Shown: piece by piece, positions 50,527-59,010 of the stretch
Layout of the letters: the number at the start of each line of letters is the position of its first letter
Numbering within the stretch: position 1 is the stretch's first letter
Source of the DNA: an uncultured Balneolaceae bacterium
GTDB taxonomy: Bacteria > Bacteroidota > Rhodothermia > Balneolales > Balneolaceae
Reading direction: 5' to 3'
NCBI GenBank assembly: GCA_964615135.1
Contig: CAZTOG010000010.1
Coordinates: 35,161 to 99,160 of the forward strand
Length of the DNA stretch: 64,000 nt
The notes under the pieces: model-generated
Told to the model about the DNA's origin: nothing
Seen by the model: only the letters and a program-made list of their open reading frames with translations
Databases searched by the model: none
Made by a program: the position numbers and the translations under genes

Positions 50527-51972
50527 ATGAATACTATTGATCACGAACGTTTTGAAGCCGTAATCGGGCTTGAAGTCCACGCGCAATTATTAACTAAAAG
50601 CAAGGCATTTAACACCGCACCCGCTCAATTTGGTGAGGCGCCCAATACGCAGGTAACTCCCAACTGTTTGGCGCATCCGGGTACGCTGCCGGTAGTAAAC
50701 GAAAATCTGATTCGATATATAATTAAAATGGGACTGGCCACCGATTGCAAAATAGCCGAAAAATCCATTTTTGCTCGTAAAAACTATTTTTATCCCGATT
50801 TGCCCAAAGGTTATCAAATCTCGCAGGATGACCAACCGATTTGTTACGAAGGTTTTTTGGATATAGAATTGGACGAATACGATAAAAGAATAGGCATTAC
50901 TCGTATTCACATGGAAGAAGATGCCGGAAAATCCATCCACGACCAAGACCCGTACAATACGCTGGTGGACTTAAACCGTGCCGGTACGCCGCTCATAGAA
51001 ATTGTTTCGGAACCGGACATCAGAACGCCCCAGGAGGCCTATGCCTACCTCACCAAAATAAAGCAAATTGTGCAATATTTGGAGGTTTGCGACGGAAACA
51101 TGGAAGAGGGAAGTTTGCGCTGCGATGCCAACGTATCGGTACGTCCGCGCGGACAAAAAGAATTTGGAACCCGTGCAGAAATCAAAAATATGAACTCGTT
51201 CCGTAACGTGGAAAGAGCCATAGAATATGAGATTTATCGCCAGATAGAACTTATTGAGAACGGTGGCGAAGTAATGCAGGAAACCCGACTTTGGGATACC
51301 AATAAGATGGAAACGCGTGCCATGCGCTCAAAAGAATCGGCCAAGGATTACAGATATTTCCCCGATCCGGATTTACCACCGGTTTATGTATCCAAAGAAA
51401 TGCTGGAAGAAATTAAAGCCGAATTACCAGAACTGGCCGATAGGCGCCAAAAACGTTTTGTAGAACAATATGGAATGAGTGAAGTGGATGCCGTTACCAT
51501 TACCGAAGACCGTTATCTGGCCGATTACTTTGAAGAAGTAGCCAAATTTGCAGAAAATGCCAAAGCCGCGCTCAATATTATTTTAAGCGAAGTACTTCGT
51601 GTGCTGAACGAGCAAGGCATTGAAATCGGAGAATTTACCATTTCACCACAAAAGGTTGCCGATTTGGTAAAACTCAAAGAAGAGGATAAAATCAACTCCT
51701 CTGCCATGCAGGATATTTTTAACGCCATGCTCGGTTCGGACAAAGAAGCCGAAGAACTGGCGAAAGAAATGAACCTGTTGCAGGTATCCGATACCGGATT
51801 TTTGGAAGAATTGGTAAACGAAATCATAGAAAATAATCCCGATGAAGTACAGCGTTTTAAAGAAGGGAAAAAACAATTGTTGGGCTTTTTTGTTGGGCAG
51901 GCCATGAAAGCTTCTAAAGGCAAGGCCAATCCCAAGATGATTACCAAAATGATTAACGAGAAATTGGGATAA
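50527..51972 (+). CDS. gatB: Asp-tRNA(Asn)/Glu-tRNA(Gln) amidotransferase subunit B
   Basis: N-terminus FEAVIGLEVHAQL, ...RIHMEEDAGK..., and a C-terminal YqeY-like tail. 481 aa. Confidence 0.95.
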   Translation: MNTIDHERFEAVIGLEVHAQLLTKSKAFNTAPAQFGEAPNTQVTPNCLAHPGTLPVVNENLIRYIIKMGLATDCKIAEKSIFARKNYFYPDLPKGYQISQDDQPICYEGFLDIELDEYDKRIGITRIHMEEDAGKSIHDQDPYNTLVDLNRAGTPLIEIVSEPDIRTPQEAYAYLTKIKQIVQYLEVCDGNMEEGSLRCDANVSVRPRGQKEFGTRAEIKNMNSFRNVERAIEYEIYRQIELIENGGEVMQETRLWDTNKMETRAMRSKESAKDYRYFPDPDLPPVYVSKEMLEEIKAELPELADRRQKRFVEQYGMSEVDAVTITEDRYLADYFEEVAKFAENAKAALNIILSEVLRVLNEQGIEIGEFTISPQKVADLVKLKEEDKINSSAMQDIFNAMLGSDKEAEELAKEMNLLQVSDTGFLEELVNEIIENNPDEVQRFKEGKKQLLGFFVGQAMKASKGKANPKMITKMINEKLG

Positions 51973-52008
51973 AATCGATAAAACCCATCCCAAACTAAAT
52001 TTTGAGGA

Positions 52009-53379
52009 ATGAAAAAATACCATTTATTGCTCGTAGCCGCCATTATAATTGCTTTTGCCGGGTGCAGCAACAATAAAAACAAAAGCGCAAAAGCGAGGAT
52101 AAATGCAACCATAACCGTTGCCGATTCCATCGACGCCTCCGGCGATTATTCGGGAATTCAACTTCTTATTACTAACGATAAAATCGGAGGGGAAAGAGAC
52201 ACTCTTTTTATCGCACAAACGGATACTTTAGGTAATTTAAAAGGCCAGGTTGAAGTGCCCGAACAGGGATTATATCCGGTAGCTATCAGCAGAAGCGGGA
52301 ATTTGCTGTTCAATACACAGGCTATTTTGGCCGCGAACGATACCCTGAACATTACCGGCGAACTTCCCGGATTAGAGCAAACTTTTGAGGTGGTCAGCAA
52401 GGAAGAAACGGCTTTTAAAGTGTACAAAAGGGTAGAACATGGCTTCAACAGGGTACTTGCCTTTATGCAGACCGGCGCCTTGAGTGATTCCACATTACCC
52501 GCCGAAATAAGTAAATGGAGCGATTTATATTGGGAAGCTTATACCAAACACCCGGAAACAATCGGCTCGCTTTTAAGCGCACGCGAATCCATCCGTATTT
52601 TGGATGGTTTTGACAATGAGCTGATGAAACAACGACTGAACGAATCGCTGAAAAATGAAAGGATGATTGAGTTTGCCGCCGATTTTGGTACAGAAATGGC
52701 AGCCAGGGAAAGAGGTCTGGAAGCATCCATCAAATATCTGGATTCTTTAAAAACCCTTACCAAAAATGAAAAACTGCACCTGGGGCTGGATATTGCCGTT
52801 ATAAGCGCGTATTACGATAGCTCCGAAGTGGATAGAGCACAGTCTAAATTGGATAACTTCAAAAAGAAGTATAAAAAGGATGAAAGAGCCATGGCATGGG
52901 CAGACGACATGGATTATGACTTCAAAAATTTATCGTTGGGCAAAGAAATACCGGAATTTTCGTTCACAACTTTCGAGGGCGACACTCTGAGCAACGAAAG
53001 TGTGAAAGGAACAGCCTATATTCTGGAAATAACATCGGCCACAAATAATATGTATCAAGACCAAATTGACCGCACCTATATTATTCAGCAGATATATTCA
53101 GAATATGGATTGAATGTGTTTACCATACCCATCGACCGAAGCGAGATTACCGTGCAAGCGTTGTTTGATGAATTTGAAAATCCCTGGCCAGTTGCCGTGC
53201 CGGGTAGCTTTGATGTTACCGAGGTTTTGGAGAAATTTAATGTGAGCAAACTGCCGACCCGATTTTTAGTGGATACCGAGGGTAAAATTGTCAGGAAATA
53301 CGAACTTAATGAGTTTTCTGACGTGATTGGCGCCATAAATGGTATATTTAATAGAAACAGTAAAGAAGAAATTAATTAA
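52009..53379 (+). CDS. Lipoprotein with C-terminal TlpA-like thioredoxin fold lacking the CxxC motif
   Basis: Lipobox (AFAGCS). The C-terminal 130 aa follows the TlpA/AhpC pattern (...GTAYILEITSATNNMYQDQ...LPTRFLVDTEGKIV...), but TSATNN replaces WCGPC. Confidence 0.45.
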   Translation: MKKYHLLLVAAIIIAFAGCSNNKNKSAKARINATITVADSIDASGDYSGIQLLITNDKIGGERDTLFIAQTDTLGNLKGQVEVPEQGLYPVAISRSGNLLFNTQAILAANDTLNITGELPGLEQTFEVVSKEETAFKVYKRVEHGFNRVLAFMQTGALSDSTLPAEISKWSDLYWEAYTKHPETIGSLLSARESIRILDGFDNELMKQRLNESLKNERMIEFAADFGTEMAARERGLEASIKYLDSLKTLTKNEKLHLGLDIAVISAYYDSSEVDRAQSKLDNFKKKYKKDERAMAWADDMDYDFKNLSLGKEIPEFSFTTFEGDTLSNESVKGTAYILEITSATNNMYQDQIDRTYIIQQIYSEYGLNVFTIPIDRSEITVQALFDEFENPWPVAVPGSFDVTEVLEKFNVSKLPTRFLVDTEGKIVRKYELNEFSDVIGAINGIFNRNSKEEIN

Positions 53380-53381
53380 AC

Positions 53382-54149
53382 ATGCGTAGATTTTTGATAG
53401 CCGGAAACTGGAAAATGAACTGCGGTCCGGATGAAGCCGCAAAACTTTTGGAAGGCATAAAAACCCAAAAACCGACCATTTCGGAAGATGTGGATGTACT
53501 GGTTTGCCCGCCTTTTATCTCACTATCGATGGCCGTAAATTATTTGCACGATACCGATATTCAGATTGGCGCACAAAATTTTCATTACGAAGATAACGGT
53601 GCATTTACGGGTGAAGTAAGTGCAACTATGTTGGCCGAAAGCGGATGTAATTTTGTGCTGATAGGGCACTCCGAGCGTCGCCAATATTTTGGGGAAACGG
53701 ACAAAACCGTAAACAAAAAAGTACGCAAAGCGTTGCAGCATTCACTGGCCCCGGTGGTTTGCGTGGGCGAAACTCTGGAACAAAGAAAGGAAGGCAGCCA
53801 CTTCGATTTGGTTCGTATCCAGATAAAAAATGCTCTGGCCGAAATTTCCGGCGATGATGTTTTGGATGTAACCATTGCTTACGAACCGATTTGGGCTATT
53901 GGTACCGGCGAAACTGCCACGCCGGAGCAGGCACAGGAAATGCACGCCCATATCCGTAAAAGTTTGGCCGAATTGTACGACGAAGAAACCGCATCGGCCG
54001 TTCGTATTTTATACGGCGGAAGTATGAAACCCGGAAATGCCGGCGACTTGTTAAGTCAGCCTGATGTGGATGGTGGACTGATTGGAGGTGCCAGTTTAAA
54101 AGCGGCCGATTTCACCGAAATTATCGATATAGCTGAAAAACTTTCGTAA
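53382..54149 (+). CDS. tpiA: Triosephosphate isomerase
   Basis: NWKMN, GHSERR, AYEPIWAIGTG and GGASL motifs. Confidence 0.95.
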   Translation: MRRFLIAGNWKMNCGPDEAAKLLEGIKTQKPTISEDVDVLVCPPFISLSMAVNYLHDTDIQIGAQNFHYEDNGAFTGEVSATMLAESGCNFVLIGHSERRQYFGETDKTVNKKVRKALQHSLAPVVCVGETLEQRKEGSHFDLVRIQIKNALAEISGDDVLDVTIAYEPIWAIGTGETATPEQAQEMHAHIRKSLAELYDEETASAVRILYGGSMKPGNAGDLLSQPDVDGGLIGGASLKAADFTEIIDIAEKLS

Positions 54150-54217
54150 TCTCACAGCTTTTATACCGTTCATTTCATAAGTCAACGCCCCATGTTGGGT
54201 GTGTTGAAAATCACATC

Positions 54218-55066
54218 ATGGATTTAACCATTATGAAAATGAAATACATCATAACACTTTCAATCTGTCTGTTTTTGGCCGTAATCAATGCCGGCGCTGT
54301 GAGGGGACAGGCATTGAATGGCCAAGATGTGAAGGTGTTATACGACGGATTGGATAATCCCACCGCACTTTATCTGACCCATCAAAATATTTTTGTAGTA
54401 GAGCAGGGTAAGAACAGGATTTTGAAGCTCGATTATTCGGGTGAGGTGCTGGGAACTTATGGAAGCCGTGGAAGCAGTGATTATCAACTAAATCGTCCCG
54501 TTGATATTGACGCCACTAACGGACTGAAAGTGTTTATATCTGATTTAGGCAATAACAGAATCCAGGTTTTCGACCGCCATTGGCAGCTGCTCAGTTCCAT
54601 TAAAGATTTATCGGCTTTTAGAAGCAACCGCAGAATCAATCCCACGTTTTTAAGCGTAAACAAACAGGGTGAACTGCTATTTTACGACAATCAAGCCAAA
54701 AGCATACTCAAAATGAATGAAAACGGAGCATTTATCGATGAGTTCCCCGTTCCTGCCGAGGTTAAAGACGTGGCTAAACTGCAATTGATGGAAAACAGCA
54801 TCCTATTGCTCGATAAAAAGCAAAAAGCCGTACATAAAATATCGGAAAATGGACTGTATGAAAGTTTTTATCCTACCGCATCCGGCACAACATCCTTCCA
54901 TAAAACAAAAAATGCACTGTGGACGGCCGACGCTGCATCCGTAAATAAAGACGGTGAAGAATTTTGGCAACTGAACCGGCAAAAAGAAACCATTCGGGAT
55001 ATTTTTGTAACGGAAAACAGGATTTTTGTGTTGACCAATAAAACACTGCTTTCAATAGATATTTAA
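54218..55066 (+). CDS. NHL-repeat beta-propeller protein, secreted
   Basis: Signal peptide. NHL-like repeats (LNRPVDIDATNGLKVFISDLGNNRIQVFD and others). Confidence 0.5.
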   Translation: MDLTIMKMKYIITLSICLFLAVINAGAVRGQALNGQDVKVLYDGLDNPTALYLTHQNIFVVEQGKNRILKLDYSGEVLGTYGSRGSSDYQLNRPVDIDATNGLKVFISDLGNNRIQVFDRHWQLLSSIKDLSAFRSNRRINPTFLSVNKQGELLFYDNQAKSILKMNENGAFIDEFPVPAEVKDVAKLQLMENSILLLDKKQKAVHKISENGLYESFYPTASGTTSFHKTKNALWTADAASVNKDGEEFWQLNRQKETIRDIFVTENRIFVLTNKTLLSIDI

Positions 55067-55074
55067 GCACAAAA

Positions 55075-56064
55075 ATGATGGATTTTTTTGATAAAAACCG
55101 ATCTTTTCAGGAAATGGCATTGGAAGTATTCCGCTATCAAATCGAAAATAATGCGGTTTACAGAACGTTTTGTGAGACATTGGGCTTGGCTCAGGCTACA
55201 AAAGTATCCGATTTCCCCTTACTTCCTATTCAAGCCTTTAAAGATGCACCGATTATAACCATTTCGGAACAATCGGAAGCTAATATATCCGAATTACCAT
55301 ATTTCCAAAGCAGCGGTACTGCCGGTATGCAACGTAGCACGCATTATTTGCTAGACACATCCGTTTATAAGCACTCGATATTAAAGGGAATGAACGAATT
55401 TTATAATATCGACGATTATGTGATTTGGGCCTATACACCCGGCTACAGTGAAAATCCGAATTCATCGCTTATCTGGATGTTAAATGTACTGATTGAACAG
55501 GATAAAACGGGTTTAAGTCGATTTTTAGAGCTGAATAAACCACTACCGATGAGGGATTTTTCCAAAATAAAAGATGCCGGTAAAAAATTGATGATATTCG
55601 GTGCGGCGTTTGGGTTGTTGGATGTGCTTGAAATTGAAACTGTGAATGTGCCGCCCGATACGATTATCATGGAGACCGGCGGCATGAAAACCTATCGCAG
55701 GGAAATGAACAAAGGCGATTTGCACCGAACCCTGGCCGGTAGATTTGGATTGCCACAAGGGCAGATACATTCCGAATATGGTATGGCGGAGCTGCTGAGT
55801 CAGGCATATAGTTTGGGCGATGAGTGGTTTAAGTGCGTGCCGTGGATGGAAGTAAGCATCAGAAATCCAAAAAACCCGCTTGAATGCGTTGCAAATGGAA
55901 AAGAAGGTCTGATTGGAATTATCGATCTGGCCAATATCCACTCCTGTGCATTTATACTGACCGGAGATAGGGGAGTGATGTCCGAAGATGGGCGTTTTAA
56001 AGTGCTGGGCAGATGGGATCCACAAAATTTACGTGACTGTAACTTTTTAATAGACCAGGATTGA
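55075..56064 (+). CDS. LuxE-like acyl-protein synthetase / PaaK-like adenylating enzyme
   Basis: The N-terminal pattern ...ALEVFRYQIENNAVYRTFCE... is typical of Bacteroidota LuxE-family proteins. Nucleotide-binding loop QSSGTAG and a GG(M)K-type motif (ETGGMKT). Confidence 0.6.
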   Translation: MMDFFDKNRSFQEMALEVFRYQIENNAVYRTFCETLGLAQATKVSDFPLLPIQAFKDAPIITISEQSEANISELPYFQSSGTAGMQRSTHYLLDTSVYKHSILKGMNEFYNIDDYVIWAYTPGYSENPNSSLIWMLNVLIEQDKTGLSRFLELNKPLPMRDFSKIKDAGKKLMIFGAAFGLLDVLEIETVNVPPDTIIMETGGMKTYRREMNKGDLHRTLAGRFGLPQGQIHSEYGMAELLSQAYSLGDEWFKCVPWMEVSIRNPKNPLECVANGKEGLIGIIDLANIHSCAFILTGDRGVMSEDGRFKVLGRWDPQNLRDCNFLIDQD

Positions 56065-56069
56065 GAAAA

Positions 56070-57110
56070 ATGGAAGAACACATCCAAAAAGTTGCCCAAG
56101 TTACCAAAGAATGGTTGCGATCCGACAATATGCACCTCAAAAAGATGATCGATAAAACGGTAGCGGATGATTTGTTTTCCATAGAGGACATTAAATTTCA
56201 AATACGGGCGCTGAAACAGAAAATTGATGCGGGACAGATTGAGGAATGGGCAAAAAAAGCCGAATTGAATTCCGAAAACAATAATTTTGGCCAAAAAACA
56301 CTCTGTTTACATGCAGGAAACCTGCCGTTAGTGGGATTCCAGGATGCACTGGCTTGTATATTATCCGGTGCCGATTATTATGGAAAATTATCCAATAAAG
56401 ATCCATATCTATTGCAAAGCTATCTGGATAAAATGATAGAAGCGGGATTGGACAACCGTATAAAATACTCTACCAATTTAAACGATTTTGCAGGCATAGA
56501 AGCAGATAAAATGTACTTTGCCGGCTCTGAAAATACGGTGGAAGCTGTAAAAACTATTGCCAAAAAAATAAACGCCGTCAAAGAAAATGTAGAATGGATT
56601 ATACGCACCGCCAAATTCTCGATGGCTTATTTACCCGACGATAACGCCGATAATATGGAAAGTTTGGTAGAAGCGGCCTTTCGATATGGGGGACAAGGTT
56701 GCCGTTCGGTGGCTGTAGTGGTAAGTCCGATTTCATTTGGAAGTTATAAATGTCCGTTTCAGGATTATGTAGAGGCTTTTTGGATGAAAAATCCACAGCT
56801 TAAAAAACCCGATAAGGCACTGGAATATCAATTTGCGTACAACAAAGCGGTGGGCAGAGAACAGGCCTGGATGGACGATTTTTTGATTCAGGAAACGGAA
56901 GAGTTCCCCGATTTGGATTATACGCTCCACTGGGTGCAAGGCGATGAACAAAAGGTGCGCGAACTGGTCCAAAAATACGGCGATGCCCTGCAAAGTGTTT
57001 ACACTACCGGACAAAAAATAGAAGGCCTGAAAACCGAGCTCCTCAGTACCGCCCAAACCCCCAATTTATGGTGGGAACCCGATGGAATACCGGTGTTGGA
57101 TTTTAGATGA
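56070..57110 (+). CDS. LuxC-like acyl-CoA reductase (aldehyde-dehydrogenase-like)
   Basis: Candidate catalytic Cys context YGGQGCRSV. About 345 aa, immediately downstream of the LuxE-like gene. A TTG at 56061 overlapping the upstream stop (TTGA) is an alternative start. Confidence 0.55.
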   Translation: MEEHIQKVAQVTKEWLRSDNMHLKKMIDKTVADDLFSIEDIKFQIRALKQKIDAGQIEEWAKKAELNSENNNFGQKTLCLHAGNLPLVGFQDALACILSGADYYGKLSNKDPYLLQSYLDKMIEAGLDNRIKYSTNLNDFAGIEADKMYFAGSENTVEAVKTIAKKINAVKENVEWIIRTAKFSMAYLPDDNADNMESLVEAAFRYGGQGCRSVAVVVSPISFGSYKCPFQDYVEAFWMKNPQLKKPDKALEYQFAYNKAVGREQAWMDDFLIQETEEFPDLDYTLHWVQGDEQKVRELVQKYGDALQSVYTTGQKIEGLKTELLSTAQTPNLWWEPDGIPVLDFR

Positions 57111-57169
57111 GTAGCTGTTTGTTGAAGAGTTGATTGGTTATCTGTTGTTGGATGTAGGTTTTCGAAAGA

Positions 57170-57224
57170 TCGTCATTGCGAAAAAATACGCAGCAAATGC
57201 AAGTATTTTTGTGGCAATCTCCTG
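57170..57224 (+). repeat. 55-nt dispersed repeat, copy 1 (second copy at 62763-62817)
   Basis: tcgtcattgcgaaaaaatacgcagcaaatgcaagtatttttgtggcaatctcctg matches the second copy at 51 of 55 positions, in the same orientation. Confidence 0.85.
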
Positions 57225-57348
57225 CTTCAAGCGTGCCCTCTCCCGTCGAACGAGAGATGGTGTTTTCCTCAGTAGAGGGTCAATGGTTATATACTCAGAA
57301 AGGCATCTTGATGTGAATTTATGCGGTTCGTTTTCTAAAGCACGTTGG

Positions 57349-57573
57349 GACCACCCCGGTTTATGCGCAAGCGCAAAACCTGCCCTGCGCCAGCTGGCGC
57401 AGGGAATGGGGCTAAGATGCTCAGTCAGAATATCTACTTTATAATATCGATTTATGTAATTATAAAAAATCTATAACAAACCAGCCAATAACTATCATAA
57501 AATTAACTATTTAACTAATAATAAATTCTCCGCCGGCCGGCGGAAGGGGTGCCCGTTTGCGGGTGGGGTGGTC
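57349..57573. repeat. Pair of diverged inverted GC-rich modules flanking an AT-rich core (MITE-like or long hairpin)
   Basis: The left arm at 57349-57404 contains gaccacccc and the perfect 22-nt palindrome ccctgcgccagctggcgcaggg. The right arm at 57530-57573 contains the 14-nt palindrome ccgccggccggcgg and ggggtggtc, the exact complement of gaccacccc. The core at 57405-57529 is strongly AT-rich. Confidence 0.6.
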
Positions 57574-57661
57574 AGGAGAGTATTTCGGTTCCGCTAAATG
57601 CTACTCAATCTATGCATGACCTGAATAAGTAGTTTTCTGTGTACCGATATGATTAAAACGA

Positions 57662-58333
57662 ATGGTAATACAGCTAAAATATGTTATATTATCTCTTATA
57701 GGTGACTTTTTTTTATTTGCAACCTCAATCTATATTAAAGAACCCGTGAATAAATTTCAGATAGCAGAGTATATAGTCTCGAAATATCAAGGAACTGTAA
57801 GCCCTTTGAAACTTCAGAAATTGATGTACTATTGCTATGCTTGGCAATTGGTTGCCAAGAAGAAATTATTTGATGCGCATTTTGAGGCTTGGCCGTATGG
57901 TCCGGTTGAACCGGATATTTATAAAAAATATAAGAGCTTCGGAAAAAAGCCTATAGTGGCAACAGAAACAGTTGAGCTGAATGTGCCTTTGTTGGATTTT
58001 ATTTTAGACAGTTATTCAGTTTACTCGGCTATTGAGTTGTATAAAACCACCCATCTTGAAGAGCCTTGGAAAAGCTGTCAGAAAAAAGGAGGGCATATTC
58101 CAGACGGTATTATGTACAATTTTTATAGTAAACAGGCTTTTGCCAAAAATTTCCCTATTAAAAAAGGGAATAAGTATTACCCGCCTAAAACATATTCTCA
58201 CTATGCCTTTACTTTTGATATGGAAAAAGAATATGTACCTGTTTTTAAGGATATAAAAGAATATTTATACAGCTTTGACTTTGAGCATAAGAACCTTGCC
58301 GAGGTACTGAATAAATATGACTTTAAAAATTGA
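57662..58333 (+). CDS. Panacea (DUF4065) domain protein, putative PanA-type antitoxin
   Basis: ...VSPLKLQKLMYYCYAWQLVAKKKLFDAHFEAWPYGPVEPDIYKKYK...THLEEPWK... matches the DUF4065/GepA/SocA pattern. The first 28 codons look non-native, and a GTG at 57746 is an alternative start. Confidence 0.75.
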   Translation: MVIQLKYVILSLIGDFFLFATSIYIKEPVNKFQIAEYIVSKYQGTVSPLKLQKLMYYCYAWQLVAKKKLFDAHFEAWPYGPVEPDIYKKYKSFGKKPIVATETVELNVPLLDFILDSYSVYSAIELYKTTHLEEPWKSCQKKGGHIPDGIMYNFYSKQAFAKNFPIKKGNKYYPPKTYSHYAFTFDMEKEYVPVFKDIKEYLYSFDFEHKNLAEVLNKYDFKN

Positions 58334-58988
58334 TAAAGCTGAGTTAATTGTAACCAACGACCTTCTGGCCGATTATGCTGTTGATACGGCGCTTACAGCG
58401 GAAGAGGTATATAAGACAAGTTGGAAACGTTATAATACCTTGCACCAGTTATTGGTTGAAGATATATTTAGTGATAAAGATAACAACCACATAAATATTT
58501 ATGCGTTTTTACCAAAGCTTATACATGGTTTTATTTATCGGGATTTATTTACTTTTGCGGGGCAGTATAGATTAAAAAAAGACCCACGGAAAGGGGTAAT
58601 ATATTTTGGCATCCAGCATGGTCATAAGCAAACTCCTAAATACATGGGTGATTCTCCTGAAAGTATTGAAGAAGGTATTACAGATGCAATTTCTTATTTA
58701 TTCACCGATTCTATTGACCCATTGTATCAAGCCATACGTTTTTATCAAAAATTTATAAATGTTCACCCTTTCTACGATGCGAATGGCAGAATAGCCCGTT
58801 TGATAGCCACAATTTATCTTGATAACTACAATCTTGTATTAGATTGGAGTGAATTCAGTGGAAAGAAAAAATTTTTTAAGAAATTAAATCGTTGCCACGA
58901 TTTACCAAATAATAAGACATTCTCTCGCTTAACGAATTATTTAAGAGCTTTTAGTTATACGATAAACAGTATTGAAGATATTGAATAA
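58317..58988 (+). CDS. Fic/DOC family protein, putative toxin
   Basis: Fic core motif HPFYDANGRIARL (HxFx[D/E][A/G]N[G/K]R). 223 aa. 17-nt overlap with the Panacea gene. Confidence 0.8.
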   Translation: MTLKIDKAELIVTNDLLADYAVDTALTAEEVYKTSWKRYNTLHQLLVEDIFSDKDNNHINIYAFLPKLIHGFIYRDLFTFAGQYRLKKDPRKGVIYFGIQHGHKQTPKYMGDSPESIEEGITDAISYLFTDSIDPLYQAIRFYQKFINVHPFYDANGRIARLIATIYLDNYNLVLDWSEFSGKKKFFKKLNRCHDLPNNKTFSRLTNYLRAFSYTINSIEDIE

Positions 58989-59010
58989 TATTGGGGTTTC
59001 TCACCATTTA

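Noticed and set aside
57130-57444. 104-aa ORF in the gap after the LuxC-like gene
   Set aside because: It runs straight through the heptamer block, the 55-nt repeat and the GC-rich palindromes. Its composition is Arg/Cys/Ser-rich and non-protein-like, and I see no start context. I treat the region as non-coding repeat DNA.
57111-57661. Integrase, transposase or att site marking the left end of the island
   Set aside because: There is no ORF with recombinase or transposase motifs anywhere in 57.1-64 kb, and no tRNA gene at the boundary. Only repeat modules are present, so I make no mobile-element call.
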